In this document: piece by piece, positions 27,052-40,499 of the stretch
Layout: every line of letters starts with the position of its first letter
Position numbering within the stretch: the stretch's first letter is position 1
Assembly (NCBI GenBank): GCA_951406725.2
Contig: OX597815.1
Location: forward strand, 147,126,001 to 147,190,000
Reading direction: 5' to 3'
Length of the DNA stretch: 64,000 nucleotides
Origin: Octopus vulgaris
Lineage: Eukaryota
Notes under the pieces: model-generated
Database searches by the model: none
Told to the model about the DNA's origin: nothing
What the model saw: only the letters and a program-made list of their open reading frames with translations
Translations under genes and position numbers: made by a program

Positions 27052-27103
27052 CAACAAGCTTCTGAACATTTCTCACATTAATAAATTTAGTTTAAAAGGT
27101 GTT
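26412..27103 (+). repeat. Recent tandem duplication (332-bp period) of a SINE tail plus flank
   Basis: 26412-26743 and 26744-27103 appear identical except for (CA)n length. Confidence 0.92.
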
Positions 27104-27769
27104 GCCCAAATCCTTTGTTAGAAGAGAATTTACCGAGCTGAGGCGGATAAGGATCGAACCAGGAACGTGGTGATTCTGAAGCGAAATTGTTAATCACAAA
27201 GGTATATTTGTAGCTCGACTTCACTTTACGCTTCTAGCTATCTACTTTCAGGAATATTTCTTTCTTAGTCATGTGGATATATAGATGTCCAAATGAATAG
27301 ACAAAGACGAAGCAATGATTTCATGAAATTTTTGCATACGAGAATTTCAATATCAAAATATGACATCTCTTTAAATAGCGAAAATGTGAATAGTACTTAA
27401 GATTGACACCATAGTGCTGAATGAGTATATTATGTAGGAACTATCTGAAAACCCGAAGAAATAGCTCTCACTTAGGTATTGAAATGGAAGTATTATAGCA
27501 TGTAAGAAATGTGTCCATCATTTGTAATTGGTATAACTGCAATGATTCATACTTGCTTTCTATAGATATCGACATGTAACACATAATGTCAGATGGAGGC
27601 TCATTTCATAAAATTGCAATAAGTGTTACAGTCGTATTTAGATTTTCCTCTCAAAAGATAATTTCAGTTTGAATGCCTGTATGAATATCTTACGAGATGT
27701 ACGTAATAGAGTGCCAAGCGGAGAAGAAAAACTCCTATTATATACCTAAAAATAAATAAATAAAGGATA

Positions 27770-28020
<251 letters not shown>

Positions 28021-28885
28021 TTAATAATACTTGTTTCACAATTTAATTGAAGGTCAGAAATTGAGGGTAAGTGTGTGTATATATATATATAAATATATCT
28101 TAAACTGTTACAAATGTTTATCTGTCACTTGCTGTATGGTTAGTAAGAAATGTACGAACTCTGACAAAGTTTCGAGAAGGGTTATCTTAATATAATCGAC
28201 TAAATACAAAATTATTACTGATATTTATTTATTTTTATCTATTAGATCGTATTGGTAAACGTGGAGCCTGATGGAATTTGAATAATGTCATTCTAAAAAT
28301 ACGAGAATGTCGTCGATTTGTATGCGTAGCAGATGTTAAAATAATTCCTTTTCATTGGATACCTGTAGTAACACATTCATGTTAGCAGTCTACGATATGA
28401 ATATACATATATATATTAATTCTACGCTGGAGGTACGAAAGTAAAGGAGCACACACTTTGGAATACAAATCAAAAGTTATGGAATGCGCATGCAACAGCA
28501 AGAATCGAAACAGTTACCTAGGTAATCATTTGTATTACATTCTGGCAGATTCGAACGTGAATATCATATCATATATTTCATAAATATGTGAAAAGAGACT
28601 GTCATTAATAGAGATATACGTATGTCAATAGGGGTATGTCCGTGAACAAATATTGTATATTGTCTTGAGTAACCAATTCTCCATGTTAAATGACGTAACT
28701 GTTAAATATAGCATTTATAACGACATGTAAATATTAGTTACAGGCTATGGATTCAAACCCGAAAGCTTCATAAAGGGAAATATATTGCATGTTCGTATAC
28801 ATGTAATTGATACCCATCTCTCACGATATATGTATATATCATTCCACTTCTCTCTTCGTACATCCCTCTCTTTCTGACTCACCTC

Positions 28886-28998
<113 letters not shown>

Positions 28999-29094
28999 AC
29001 CAGCAACAGGGGAATGCAACAACAAAAACTATTTGTTGTATACAGAGAATATATTAGATTGATGCTTAGTGAAAGTTTAAGGAGAGAAAGGATT

Positions 29095-29130
29095 GGGAAT
29101 GACGTTTCGAGCATGGTTCTTCGTCGGAAA
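29095..29130 (-). ncRNA. Degenerate minimal hammerhead-like motif (CCGACGA core, extra A before stem II)
   Basis: TTT-CCGACGA-A-GAACCATGCTC-GAA-ACGT-C; stem I poorly paired. Confidence 0.4.
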
Positions 29131-31048
29131 GAGGAAAAAAGTGCACAGAATAGAGGAAAGAAGGAGCATATAGTCCGGAGAAAATTATGTTTATCGTTGG
29201 TTTTATGTCAGGTTGCCACAAATGTATTTCAATATTAAACTGAAGGATTAATAAACTTTCATAATTTTGTGGCGTGCATGTTTATTAAACTTATACAAGA
29301 AGGGTACCTCAACCGCCCCGCCACCTCAGGAACAGGCACCCTTCGAACCTATCAACATGAAGAAACTCAATCGCTGTCTACAGATCTGCTAGTCAGATAC
29401 GTGTTAACGACGACGATAAAACGGAAGTTAGTGACTTCGAAGTATTGCGCATGTAGTGAATTATCAAAATTTTGGTTATTAGCTTACATTCAGATTAGAA
29501 AAAATATAACATACATGCATCAAATGTGATCGAAATCGTTTCTCTGCTGTTACACGCAGAAAAGCTACCTTTGTCCTTCGTGTATATACATACCTGTGTT
29601 ATGTATGTATGTAATACTTAATACAAAGAATTAATTCTTCAAGTTTAGTTTATTTCAAGTGCAGTGATGTACCCTGCCTTAGGTAATTCAGTTAACGGTT
29701 ACAGTAACTGATGCTTTTATAGCTAGTGCCAGTCTTATAAACATAAACTACTCGTTCAATGTTCAATGGAACATTAAACTATTTAAATCTCATAAAGAAA
29801 ACGTGAATCTGACATTTTCGTGTCATTTCTTTACAAAAATATCGATCTGAATATAGCGAAATATTGATTTTCACTTACCTATAATCTTGTTAGTTTTCAT
29901 TTGCCGTTGAATATAACGATTTAAATTGTTATTACCTACGCAGTTTTTATTGAGACGATTTTCAGTTGAACTTTCACCTTTTTAAAGAGAGCAACACGGT
30001 TGATCTTACAAACTACCCCAATAAGTTCACTCAAACAAAGTGTCGTCTCACAAAGGAGTCAGTGCGATATATCCTTTGTTGTTCAACGTTGTATTTTCTT
30101 TGAAATAAGCTCTTAATTATTTGCGGAACATTTGAATTATTAAATCTTTTGCGCAGAAGTAGAACATGTAAAGTTAAGTTTTAACATGGCGCGCTTCTCT
30201 ATATGAAGAGGAAATATTTACACGAGTACAACAAAGAGGTGTTGCGATAATAGATTAAACAACCGTCATTCTTTTAATATGTGTAAATTGTGGCTCGCTT
30301 CCATTTGAACGCACATTGTACTAAATATCTCCTTGCACGTTAATTAATCTTTTCTTTCTTAAATGGCTTAAAAACATATCAAATAAAACAGCAATCGGAT
30401 AATATATAACCACTGCTACGTTGCTGCATTGATTGAAATAAGGTCAGTGATATACATGTAACCCATTCCGAAAAGAAAAGCTTTTACAAGGCACGAATGA
30501 TGCTATAAATAGGTACACGAGAAAGGCTTTCATTTGTATTGTATAATGAATTGTTAATTATTATTCAAAGGCTTACTACTTTCGATACGACGCTGATGCA
30601 TCAGTAAACAAATTCCATTGAATTTTGCAAATCAACGGTATATTCAGTATATTTTCTATCGTTTTAACTCTTGTTAAACAGGGATATGCCAACCGCAATC
30701 GGTGAACCACAATATGGCGAGGGTTACTGTATACTCATGGATTAACACGCACACACACACTCTCACACACACAGAGGCACACACACATACGTTAGATAGC
30801 TTCATAAACTCATATACGTATACACAGGTCTAGAAACACGCACACAGAAATACATGGATCACAAACGCACATGTCACTCGGCACACGTGCACGTATTTCT
30901 TTTTCGCTCAAACACAAAGCATACAGAGTCATCCTCCGATACATACACAAGCATGCTTGCGCACGCACACTTTAGCCGCCACGATGCTGTTTTCTACCTC
31001 GTCACCCTTGTCACCAACCATTTCCATCCTTCCGATTGAACCAACATG

Positions 31049-31112
<64 letters not shown>

Positions 31113-31294
31113 ACATCGCCGCAGCTCTGAGCTGAACAAGAAAAACGAAATATATATATATAAAATTTAGAGACAAACAACAATTTTGTTATTCAATCTA
31201 TACTGAACGATATTATCTATAATAACCACATAGAAAGTAATGAAATATATAATGAATATTATTCTAAATATCACAACACAAAACAAATTTTATA

Positions 31295-31392
31295 TCGACT
31301 ACGCGCGTTTCATGACTAAATATATAAATCGATAATATTAAAAAAGTTAATAATAATTCGATTTAAAGATACATAACCACTCGTCAGGTCAA
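31295..31392 (-). ncRNA. Type I hammerhead ribozyme, canonical core, long stem II
   Basis: TTGAC-CTGACGA-GTGGTTA(..AAATCGA..TCGATTT..)TAGTCAT-GAA-ACGCGCGT-A-GTCGA; palindromic stem III, GUA site. Confidence 0.78.
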
Positions 31393-32066
31393 AAAACATA
31401 AAATAAATTAAGAAATTGTAATCAAACAATAAATATATATATCTTAACAGTAAATAATCCAATAAAATTTAACAAAATAAATGTAAAGCAAAGACATAAC
31501 TTATCTCAGTGATAAAAACGAGTTATATGAAATTTTAAACTTTAAACTATCGAATCTAGAGTGTAAAAAAATCTCGTTAAACGTGACGTAAACAATAAAT
31601 ATACAATAAATATAGAGATATATGTATTTTAACGATAGAAATAAAAGTAATCAAATAAACGTGTCGTAACATACCATTTACGGGGAAATAATGCTAAATT
31701 CTCAATAATTTAAAACTACGACATTATATGTAAAAAATATATAAAATAAAACTAGACTAAATGTCCATAAATTAATATACATTCTTCAAATTATTTTATT
31801 AACCCCTTGGTTTAATCTTATTCTAGTTATGTTCATACACTACATAAGCTACAACTAATATATACTCATTATAGTACTACATAATATAACTACATAAATT
31901 AATAACATAAATCAAGGTATATATATTCACTCGTTATCTAAACTTATTATATAAGTAATACAACCTATGTCTACATTTAATTTAATATATAGAATATATT
32001 GTGAATTTTTGTTTTAGTGTGCTAATTTGAATTTGTCGGCTCGGAATTATTATATTCCCTAACTAT

Positions 32067-32136
<70 letters not shown>

Positions 32137-32224
32137 TACATATATATATCTTTCTCTCCCAGACTTTCTCACTAACTATCTACTTTTCTGTCTCACTCCG
32201 ACTCTCTCTCTCCCCCTCTCTCTC

Positions 32225-32275
<51 letters not shown>

Positions 32276-34294
32276 GTCTGTGTGTTCATGAATTTGTGGT
32301 AAGAATGATACATCTTGTGAAAAAGTGTATAAAATGCGTAGAGTTATGCACATATTGAGTAGATAGGTGGTAAAGATAGTTATATATGTGTAACTATGTG
32401 CTAAAGATAGTTAAGGCTGCCTTCATGTGGCCCACATTTTTCTAGCCTGGCTTGTACGCCTTTAATGCTATTCGACTGGAGTAAAACGAAATAATGTCCA
32501 GTTATCAAGGACACAGTATGCCAAGCTGAGCAAGCAGAAGTAGATTTTATAATCATAATCGAACACTGTAAGTTCGCACTACTCCACCCCCAATGTACTC
32601 ACGTGACGTGTTACACATATACTTATAAACACACAAATACGTTTATATTCATCGAAGTAACCATTTTCAAACTGATTTGTGCATCTTCTAATCAGGCCTG
32701 GATTACCAAATGTACATACCCTTTCTACTATAGTTTCCTTTAAATAGAAGTACATATAGTCTCGTCTATCAATGATTCATCCTTTACTGATCCAGAAAAA
32801 TATGCTGAACCATGTTATGCTTATCACGGATTGGTCTACAATAATACGGGTCGGCGATGAAAATTCTGCCTCTACTATAAAATCGTACCCCAGTGATCTC
32901 CCATCTGATTATCACTTGTGTTCACATTGTCTGCATGGATTTATGTACCCGTACCTATCGACATGGGGCCAGAGAGTTAAAACAATAAAGGCGCTTGATC
33001 CTAGCAGATGACAGACGAATGTATTTTCGACAGGAACAGTAGAAATAATCGAGAAAATAATTGATGGTCGAAGATTCGTTGTTGACGATCGCGAGTTTGG
33101 TGTCAAATAATTTGCCTTTGTTCTAAATACGAAGTGGCTGCACCGAATTAAAAAATAATAATAAAGACGACATTCCCCCCATAGAGATAAGCGATGATAG
33201 ATGTTTATGATCTAACAGGGATTTCGCTACTATTTTAGGATTTTTGGAAACCAAGGCAATCCTGAGGCAGTAATTCTAGTTTCTGATATTTCTAATCGAT
33301 GAGTGTGTCGCTTGCGTGTGAATGTGTTTACAAACCAAATATGTATGTTTTCTGTGACACGTGAACAAGTAGACACTAATATATGTAGCTGTCCCTTCAC
33401 ATCAATTTTTATTCAAGCATACATGATGTGTAAAATACGAGGAATAAGTATGAAAATTCTTTTCAATCTAGCATTATCATTTCATGATTCTTCTCTTCTC
33501 TTCAAATACATCACTGGTAACGTATAACATATGATTTCGTTTGACAGAGAAATATCTAATACTCTAATACTATATTCGTAGCTTATAATACAAAATGCTA
33601 CATCACAAATGGAAATCTGAAGTCAGTGCTGAATTGTTGAAAAGGATAATCTATATTCAGCGAATATTGCCGATTGCAGATGCCTCCGTGTTTCTTTACA
33701 ACGCTATTTGTAACTTTTTTTCTTTTTATTTCCGAAGCGGTTAAGAGACATCCTGACCTCAGTGAAATTTGAACTTTATATATACAAGCTTGCAACAAAC
33801 TATGGTGTATATTTAATAGAAAACTACGGCATTTTCACTAATATTGATTTCCGATACAAGCACACGAATACAATTTTGTAGTGAGAAGGAATAGATGATT
33901 TTATCGGTTCAGTACATATTTGTTTCTTCATTTATCGATGCTAAAATGATGAGATGGAACGTCAATCTAAATTTATCAATTCTACAAATTCTCGCTTTTA
34001 GGTGGAAATGTGGAACACATTACCAATGAAAAATATTTGAACGCACAAAAGTATGAGCACATAAAACCAGACGCATAAGGATTATAATTTCTTAGGAAAC
34101 TTACGCACGCACATTCACACAAATTTATTCGCAAGGGAGTGTAAATATATAACACAATGCAAATACGTAGAGTCACAGACACATCCATACACGAAATAAC
34201 ATACGCACGCGCGCACACTCACACACACACACACACAAACACGTAAACACGATCACACACGCGTGCACACACACATGCTCACATACGCACAGCC

Positions 34295-34468
34295 GCACAT
34301 GCACGCACGCATACGCACATGCACGCACGCATACGCACATGCACGCACGCATACGCACATGCACGCACGAATACGCACATGCACGCACGCATACGCACAT
34401 GCACGCACGCATACGCACATGCACGCACGCATACGCACATGCACGCACGCATACGCACATGCACGCAC
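34295..34468. repeat. 20-bp minisatellite GCACATGCACGCACGCATAC, about 8.7 copies
   Basis: Direct reading; one substitution in the array. Confidence 0.95.
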
Positions 34469-34726
34469 ACACTCACACATTTATCTTAAGCTAGTTTTCG
34501 TCATTAAACCACGGCAATGCTGGAGCACAATCTTAAAGTCTTTAGTCGAATTAATTGACCTCAGTACTTGAATGATTAGCATTCTGTTTATCGGCAACAT
34601 TTGCCGCAACGGTAAACCACTACGCGTTAAATTTCAGGAGCGTGAATGCATAAAAATATACATATATACCTCTTAGCCTCTCACATATATATACACACCT
34701 ACATCCCACACATTCACACGCACGCA

Positions 34727-34759
<33 letters not shown>

Positions 34760-35336
34760 GTTAACTGATACACAACCAAACCACGCTCCCATACGCATAC
34801 AGAGGCTCAGAAAATTTAAAGTTTACCCATTCATTTATTTTTACACATTGTTAAACACATACGCTCACTTGCGCACCGCTGTTCGACCGGCTCAATGCTA
34901 TGCCTCCTTCATGGGAAACCGATAGTTCCGTCAACATATTGCTCTCATCGTCTTATCATTCTCTCTCCAAATTTTCCCCTCTCCCTCTTTGCTACAGAGG
35001 GTCGGCTCGAAACGTGAAAGACTTTTCCAAACATCCCATACCGCCAAACTTATACACCTACTATTTACTCCCTCACATGCCTTTGTATTTTGTTTTCTGT
35101 ACATATGAACCATATATGTACACACACACACAGACACACACACATATCAAACATCAAGATAAAGGGGAGATCAAAATTGTCATTGTCCCCATAAGAACTG
35201 CAGAGTAAAACCCATACCTAGACTTAAATCACGCTCACGTATCCATCAGAAATAGATGTTTCCTTTTTTTAAACATTTATTTTCAAAGTTGATTTCCCTT
35301 GTCCTCTCTCATGTATATATATATATATGTGTGTGT

Positions 35337-35630
35337 GGAGGCACAATGGCCCAGTGATTAGGGCTGCGGACTCGCGGTCGTAGGATAACGGTTTCGATTC
35401 CCAGACCGGGCGTTGTGAGTGTTTATTGAGCGAAAACACCTAAAGCTCCAGGAGGCTCCGGCAGGGGGTGGTGGTGATCCCTGCTGTACTCTTTCGCCAC
35501 AACTTTCTCTCAATCTTTCTTCTGTGTGCCTGCCCGCTTAGCCAGCTGGGTGGCGTCATTTAAAGGCTAAAACAATGCGAAGCGCATTGTGACCAGCGAT
35601 GTGTAGCAACATCTGATAGCCTGGTCGGTG
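35337..35630 (+). mobile_element. tRNA-derived SINE (third family)
   Basis: A box TGGCCCAGTGA, B box GTTTCGATTCC, anticodon-arm-like GGACTCGCGGTC, unrelated 3' body. Confidence 0.75.
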
Positions 35631-35656
35631 AAAGATAAAAGATGATATATATATAT

Positions 35657-36036
35657 ATTAATTGTTATCACCATATTAATATGGCATTCTTATAGATATA
35701 AGAATAATCGCTGCCGCTGGTCAGCTCCATGAGGCCACCGCCTTAAGATAGCTATTGATACACGATCTGTATCCATTATAACCTTCGAACAAGGGAGGTC
35801 AGCCGCTTCACACTGCCAGTCCGACAGCTACAGACGCGTTTCGGGGTATTGCCCCTTGTCAATGTAGCGCAGTCAGACCCCGCAGGTGTCGCCACTGACG
35901 TCTCTGTTCGAAGGTTTCTATTTACCTAGTTTCTTATATCTATAAGAATGCCATATTAATATGGTGATAACAATTAATTTCCAGTAAACGCTGCCGTAAT
36001 CTCTTTTATAGAGACTTAGTAATTTTAATATTTCTA

Positions 36037-36038
<2 letters not shown>
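35657..36038. mobile_element. Hammerhead-containing element with nested inverted repeats in (TA)n (Penelope pLTR/retrozyme-like)
   Basis: Perfect 48-bp IR 35657-35704/35931-35978; inner IR 35780-35791/35905-35916; TA tracts on both sides. Confidence 0.7.
35827..35868 (-). ncRNA. Minimal type I hammerhead ribozyme, U3-A8 variant core
   Basis: GCTACA-TTGACAA-GGGG(CAATA)CCCC-GAA-ACGCGT-C-TGTAGC; all helices perfect, GUC site. Confidence 0.82.
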
Positions 36039-36091
<53 letters not shown>

Positions 36092-37026
36092 CATACCAGT
36101 GCGACTCCGTCGCACACGCTGTTCGACCTTAGCCTGAGTACAAATTTAGCGAAGTGGACGTATATTTGCAAGCTGATTTAATTTCTGCCAACTTCAAGTA
36201 TGTAATTGCGACCAACAGCTAGAGCTCCTTTTATTGAGTCTGGTGACAGTTCATTTATTTTCGTTTAGCGTCTTGTGGCCGTCTTAGACGTGTCCTTTGT
36301 CAAAAAATATCACTTGTAGCAGACGTTCTCTCGACATTTTTCACACGCACCGTGTTGTTATCTATAATCGTAAACATTAAAATTAATTCAAATTCAATTT
36401 TATCTTGAAACAATACATTTCTATAGAGATTAGGATTTAAATTCAAATTCATGGTAATTTTCCTTTCTACAATATTCTTAAAAGATACGAACACTTATCT
36501 AGCAACTGGAACTAATAAAAATGAGCCTGGTAGGTGCAAAAGACTGACTGGAATCCATTGTCACGTGTACAAGCGACAATCAGATCCCTGATATTTGTTG
36601 TGCACTCTATCGTTATTTGATAGCTATTATTCTGTGCATCAGAGCGTAAATATCGGTTGATTTACAGGGGTGCTTTATTTTTATCCTCAACTTACAAATG
36701 GAGAAAGACATAGTGCTATATATAAAAAAATAAACCATTTGGAGCTAGAAATAAAGCGGAAAAACTTGAAATTCATTGAGCAGGCTTGTGTCTTATGCGA
36801 AATCTGTGATGAGTCAAGTGACGAAATCTGTCACAAGCCATGTTACCTGGAATTTAAGGGTAAGGTATATTTCACATTATAGTAATCGAAGCAAAAGTAA
36901 GGTTTTCAACGGTGCTTACTTCCGTAAAGCGGAACAACTAAACAATATTTTGTCTGTAGGCACAGTTTGAACAAAAGAATACTCAGGTGTATATATATAT
37001 ATATACATTCTCTCACATGCAGGCGT

Positions 37027-37068
<42 letters not shown>

Positions 37069-37858
37069 ACACGTATATATACAAAAACGCGCGCATACAC
37101 ACATATACATAAATAAATAAATAAACGTAGAGAAGTGCATTTAGCTATATTTAATGAGTTAGATAACTATCTATGTAATTACACTTGAATTATTACATAT
37201 GCAATGGTTCAAATTCATACGTGTGTGCTTGTTTGTAAGTGTATGTCCATATATATATAGATATATATATATATATAGACATATACACAAAAATATTACA
37301 TCACAATCGAGTTAGATATCTATCTAATTACATATATTGGAATTTATATATAATTAGAGATAACTATCTCCCTAATCGGGAATCTATAAATGCACACTTA
37401 CATACGAACACAGACACAAATACAAACACACACACTCACAAATTTACTTACGTACGCTTTTATTTTCACTGTTTTGAAATTACACAGACACGCTCATTCA
37501 ATAGAGACACTCATATATGACAATTCAGCTTGTTTGATTTATATCTGCTATTCCCTACGTTATGAAATCAGCAACATTTATTTTCTTTTATATCTTTATA
37601 GAAATTAATTCTGTGATCTTTCAAGACATTCCGTCGCACTTCTATCAACTGTACATTGACACAACTCCTATGTATTTCATTCGTATCAAGCAGTTACTTA
37701 AATTGATTAAAACCGTCACGAACAAGGCATGCTTTGTCTCTTCTTTCAGAAAATATCAGCAAACACCAAGAGTCTAACAGGAAAATGACAGAATGATTAG
37801 GTGCAGATCTACGTGCTGGTACGCACACACATAACATATCTATCTATCTATCTATCTA

Positions 37859-37995
<137 letters not shown>

Positions 37996-38006
37996 TTTTA
38001 TAAAAT

Positions 38007-38482
38007 AAAGAATGGAGTTGAACGACAAATTAACAAATTTCCTTTATTTTCGACATATGTTTCGAAGGCTGCATATTCCTAATTGTGATGGAATAAGGGG
38101 TACATTATGCCGCTTTCTCATCAGGAAAAACAAGGAATTTATGTCAACATCAAGATTCACAAATACTTTTAGATGACTGCTCTCACGGAGCGCATAGCGG
38201 TAATGAGTGTCTCTTTAATAATGTACTCCTTATTCCTTCACAATTAGGAATATGCAGCCTTCGAAACATATGTCGAAAATAAAGGAAATTTGTTAATTTG
38301 TCATTCAACTCCATTCTTTCGTTTATTCATAAATTTTATAAAAATACACACAAATTTCCACGCGAAAACACGTAGTCTCTGCCCTAGGCACGTAACTTCA
38401 ACCGTGTTATTTCTGATGTGAATTTGCTACCCAGGTATCGGTTAAACGAATTATCCATAAAAAGATATTTCATTTTTCTACT

Positions 38483-38485
<3 letters not shown>
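38007..38485. mobile_element. Hammerhead-containing element with ~102-bp inverted repeat in (TA)n (inverted pLTR-like)
   Basis: Arms 38007-38108 and 38218-38319 with about 3 mismatches; TA tracts at both ends. Confidence 0.75.
38047..38129 (-). ncRNA. Type I hammerhead ribozyme, canonical core
   Basis: TTTTC-CTGATGA-GAAAGCGGCATA(..)TATGCAGCCTTC-GAA-ACATATGT-C-GAAAA; palindromic stem III, GUC site. Confidence 0.8.
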
Positions 38486-38531
<46 letters not shown>

Positions 38532-38880
38532 ATAGATAGATATAAATAATACATATGGCTTGTTCGTAATTTTACAAACTGAAGCAAAAATATAGACGCC
38601 ACTAAAGTTTGAAAGGGCACCTATCAGCATCAGTATTGCTAAAAATAAGAGTCAAAACAACTCAATAGTCACGGAAGCACTATCTTAATGACTGGCAAGG
38701 GTGGTAAGCTACCTACAGCAGCGCACAGAGCCAAACATTGCCCTTTGTCACTTTAATAACGAATAATTGCGAATAAGCCAACCATAATTTTTATAATTTT
38801 CACTTCTGCCGTTTATGGAACCAGTATGACTTCAACGGAACACTTATAAACTGACTAGGTGAGGTTAGTTTAACCCTAGG

Positions 38881-38950
38881 TGCCGTGAGAAAAACTGATG
38901 AGTATTAAATTGTAGAAACATTTAAATGCGAAATCATCGATGATCTGGCA
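38881..38950 (+). ncRNA. Hammerhead-like motif with displaced stem I
   Basis: TGCCG(9 nt)CTGATGA-GTATT..AATGC-GAA-ATCATCGATGAT-C-TGGCA; 12-nt palindromic stem III. Confidence 0.45.
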
Positions 38951-39084
38951 ATGTCCGCAGTTGTAAGAATCAGCCTTCCTTGTCATTCATAATACTTTCC
39001 ATGGCTACGGAGTTGTTTACACACTTATTTGAAGCAATACTGCTGCTGATTCGTGCCGTTTGTTACTTTTGTCAGGTATGTAAG

Positions 39085-39117
<33 letters not shown>

Positions 39118-39153
39118 TGCAAGATTCTTGATGTGAAATCGTGTGTTGAAACA

Positions 39154-39388
39154 GATATTGTTGTATTTAGGGATGATAATGTTGCCAGTTTAGCCAATAA
39201 AAACACATTCACTATATATTTGGTGTTAATTTGCTTCAGCTTTATTTTATGTTTACATTAATTGTAAATACAAAATGCGATTAACGTAAAATATAAAATA
39301 AAGCTGAAGCAAATTAACACCAAATATATAGTGGATGTGTTTTTATTGGCTAAACTGACAACATGGCCATTCCTAAATACAACAATAT
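39154..39388. repeat. ~110-bp inverted repeat with ~14-bp spacer between microsatellites
   Basis: 39154-39263 vs 39278-39388; a relative of the left arm recurs at about 62305-62420. Confidence 0.88.
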
Positions 39389-39392
39389 ACAT

Positions 39393-39446
<54 letters not shown>

Positions 39447-39525
39447 TATATATTTATATATATATATATTTATATATTATATATTTATATTATATATATA
39501 TACATATAAATATAAATATAAATAT

Positions 39526-39562
<37 letters not shown>

Positions 39563-40164
39563 CAAATCGCAATGGACATACACCATATTCTACCACATGC
39601 AAATCCAAGATGATTCTCTGAAGGACACAGATGTGCATGTTTTTTTCGACTACTGTAGCAAAAGATCTATGATGCTTATGATGTTTATGGCTCCAAGAAA
39701 ATAATATTTATGGCCCCTGAAAAACAGAAAAGAAAAGAAAAAAAGTAGCCTCACTGTCTACTTTATGGAGACAAACATTTCCGTGAGTGGAATGCTATTC
39801 AGTAATTGATTTTATCAAATTATGCAGGATTGCCAGTGCCGGAAAACAGATAAGGGTGCAAATGAACATATCGTTCTCTCAATCCATTTGCATATAAGTA
39901 CACATGAACACAGAAGCATAAACACATATACACAAGCATTAGGGATGAGCGTATGTGCACAATAATACATGGTCGTAACGTCTCATGTTTCCTATGGAAG
40001 GTCTTGAATTTTGTAACGCGGTTTATTCCCTGATCACGTTCTTATCTAGGCAACATGGATGACATTGACTTTTTTAATCACCAATGAACTTATGCGTAGA
40101 TTTTATGCATGTCCGTTGTCGTACGCGTACACACAACCACACATTCACACATTGATATATTCTT

Positions 40165-40370
40165 TTATTCTTGTATTTCTTCCAGTCATTTGACTGCAGT
40201 CATGCTGGAGCATCACACTTAATCGAAGAAATCGATTACAAGATTTGTTCTTTGTAAGCCTAGTACTTATTCTATCAGTCTCTTGTGTCAAACCGCTATA
40301 TTTCGGGGACATAAAGACAGCAACATCGGTTGTCAAGCAATTGTGGTGGGAGAAGCACAGACACACATAC
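40165..40370 (-). mobile_element. Composite SINE 3' part
   Basis: Minus GCTTGACAACCGATG..GATAGAATAAGTACTAGGCTTACAAAG..GCTCCAGCATG..CAGTCAAATGACTG. Confidence 0.75.
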
Positions 40371-40392
40371 AAATATATTAATATATATGTTA

Positions 40393-40421
40393 CAGGGGCT
40401 GGACAAAATAATGAAAACACC
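40393..40421 (+). mobile_element. Orphan Tc1-like terminal repeat
   Basis: TA|CAGGGGCTGGACAAAATAATGAAAACACC resembles Tc1-type termini; no partner end seen. Confidence 0.4.
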
Positions 40422-40499
40422 TAGCATCATAGCATTATGATTTTGAAATGTCTATAAAGCCCATCGTATAGGTATATATATATATATATGTATATGTAT

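Noticed and set aside
29290-29355. GAAGGGTACCT/AGGCACCCTTC hairpin followed by GAAC
   Set aside because: Both core strands deviate and there is no stem I; at most a remnant
35337-35412. tRNA gene
   Set aside because: The cloverleaf is imperfect, there is no terminator, and it continues into a repeat body; it is a SINE head
36095-36882. GTGCGAC/GTCGCAC hairpin as a Helitron end, and the Cys-containing ORF 36670-36882
   Set aside because: No matching 5' end found; the ORF is short, starts with GTG and has no recognisable domain
39120-39175. TTGATGT..GAAACAG..TGTA as a hammerhead
   Set aside because: Non-complementary 3/8, A9 missing, stems I and II do not pair
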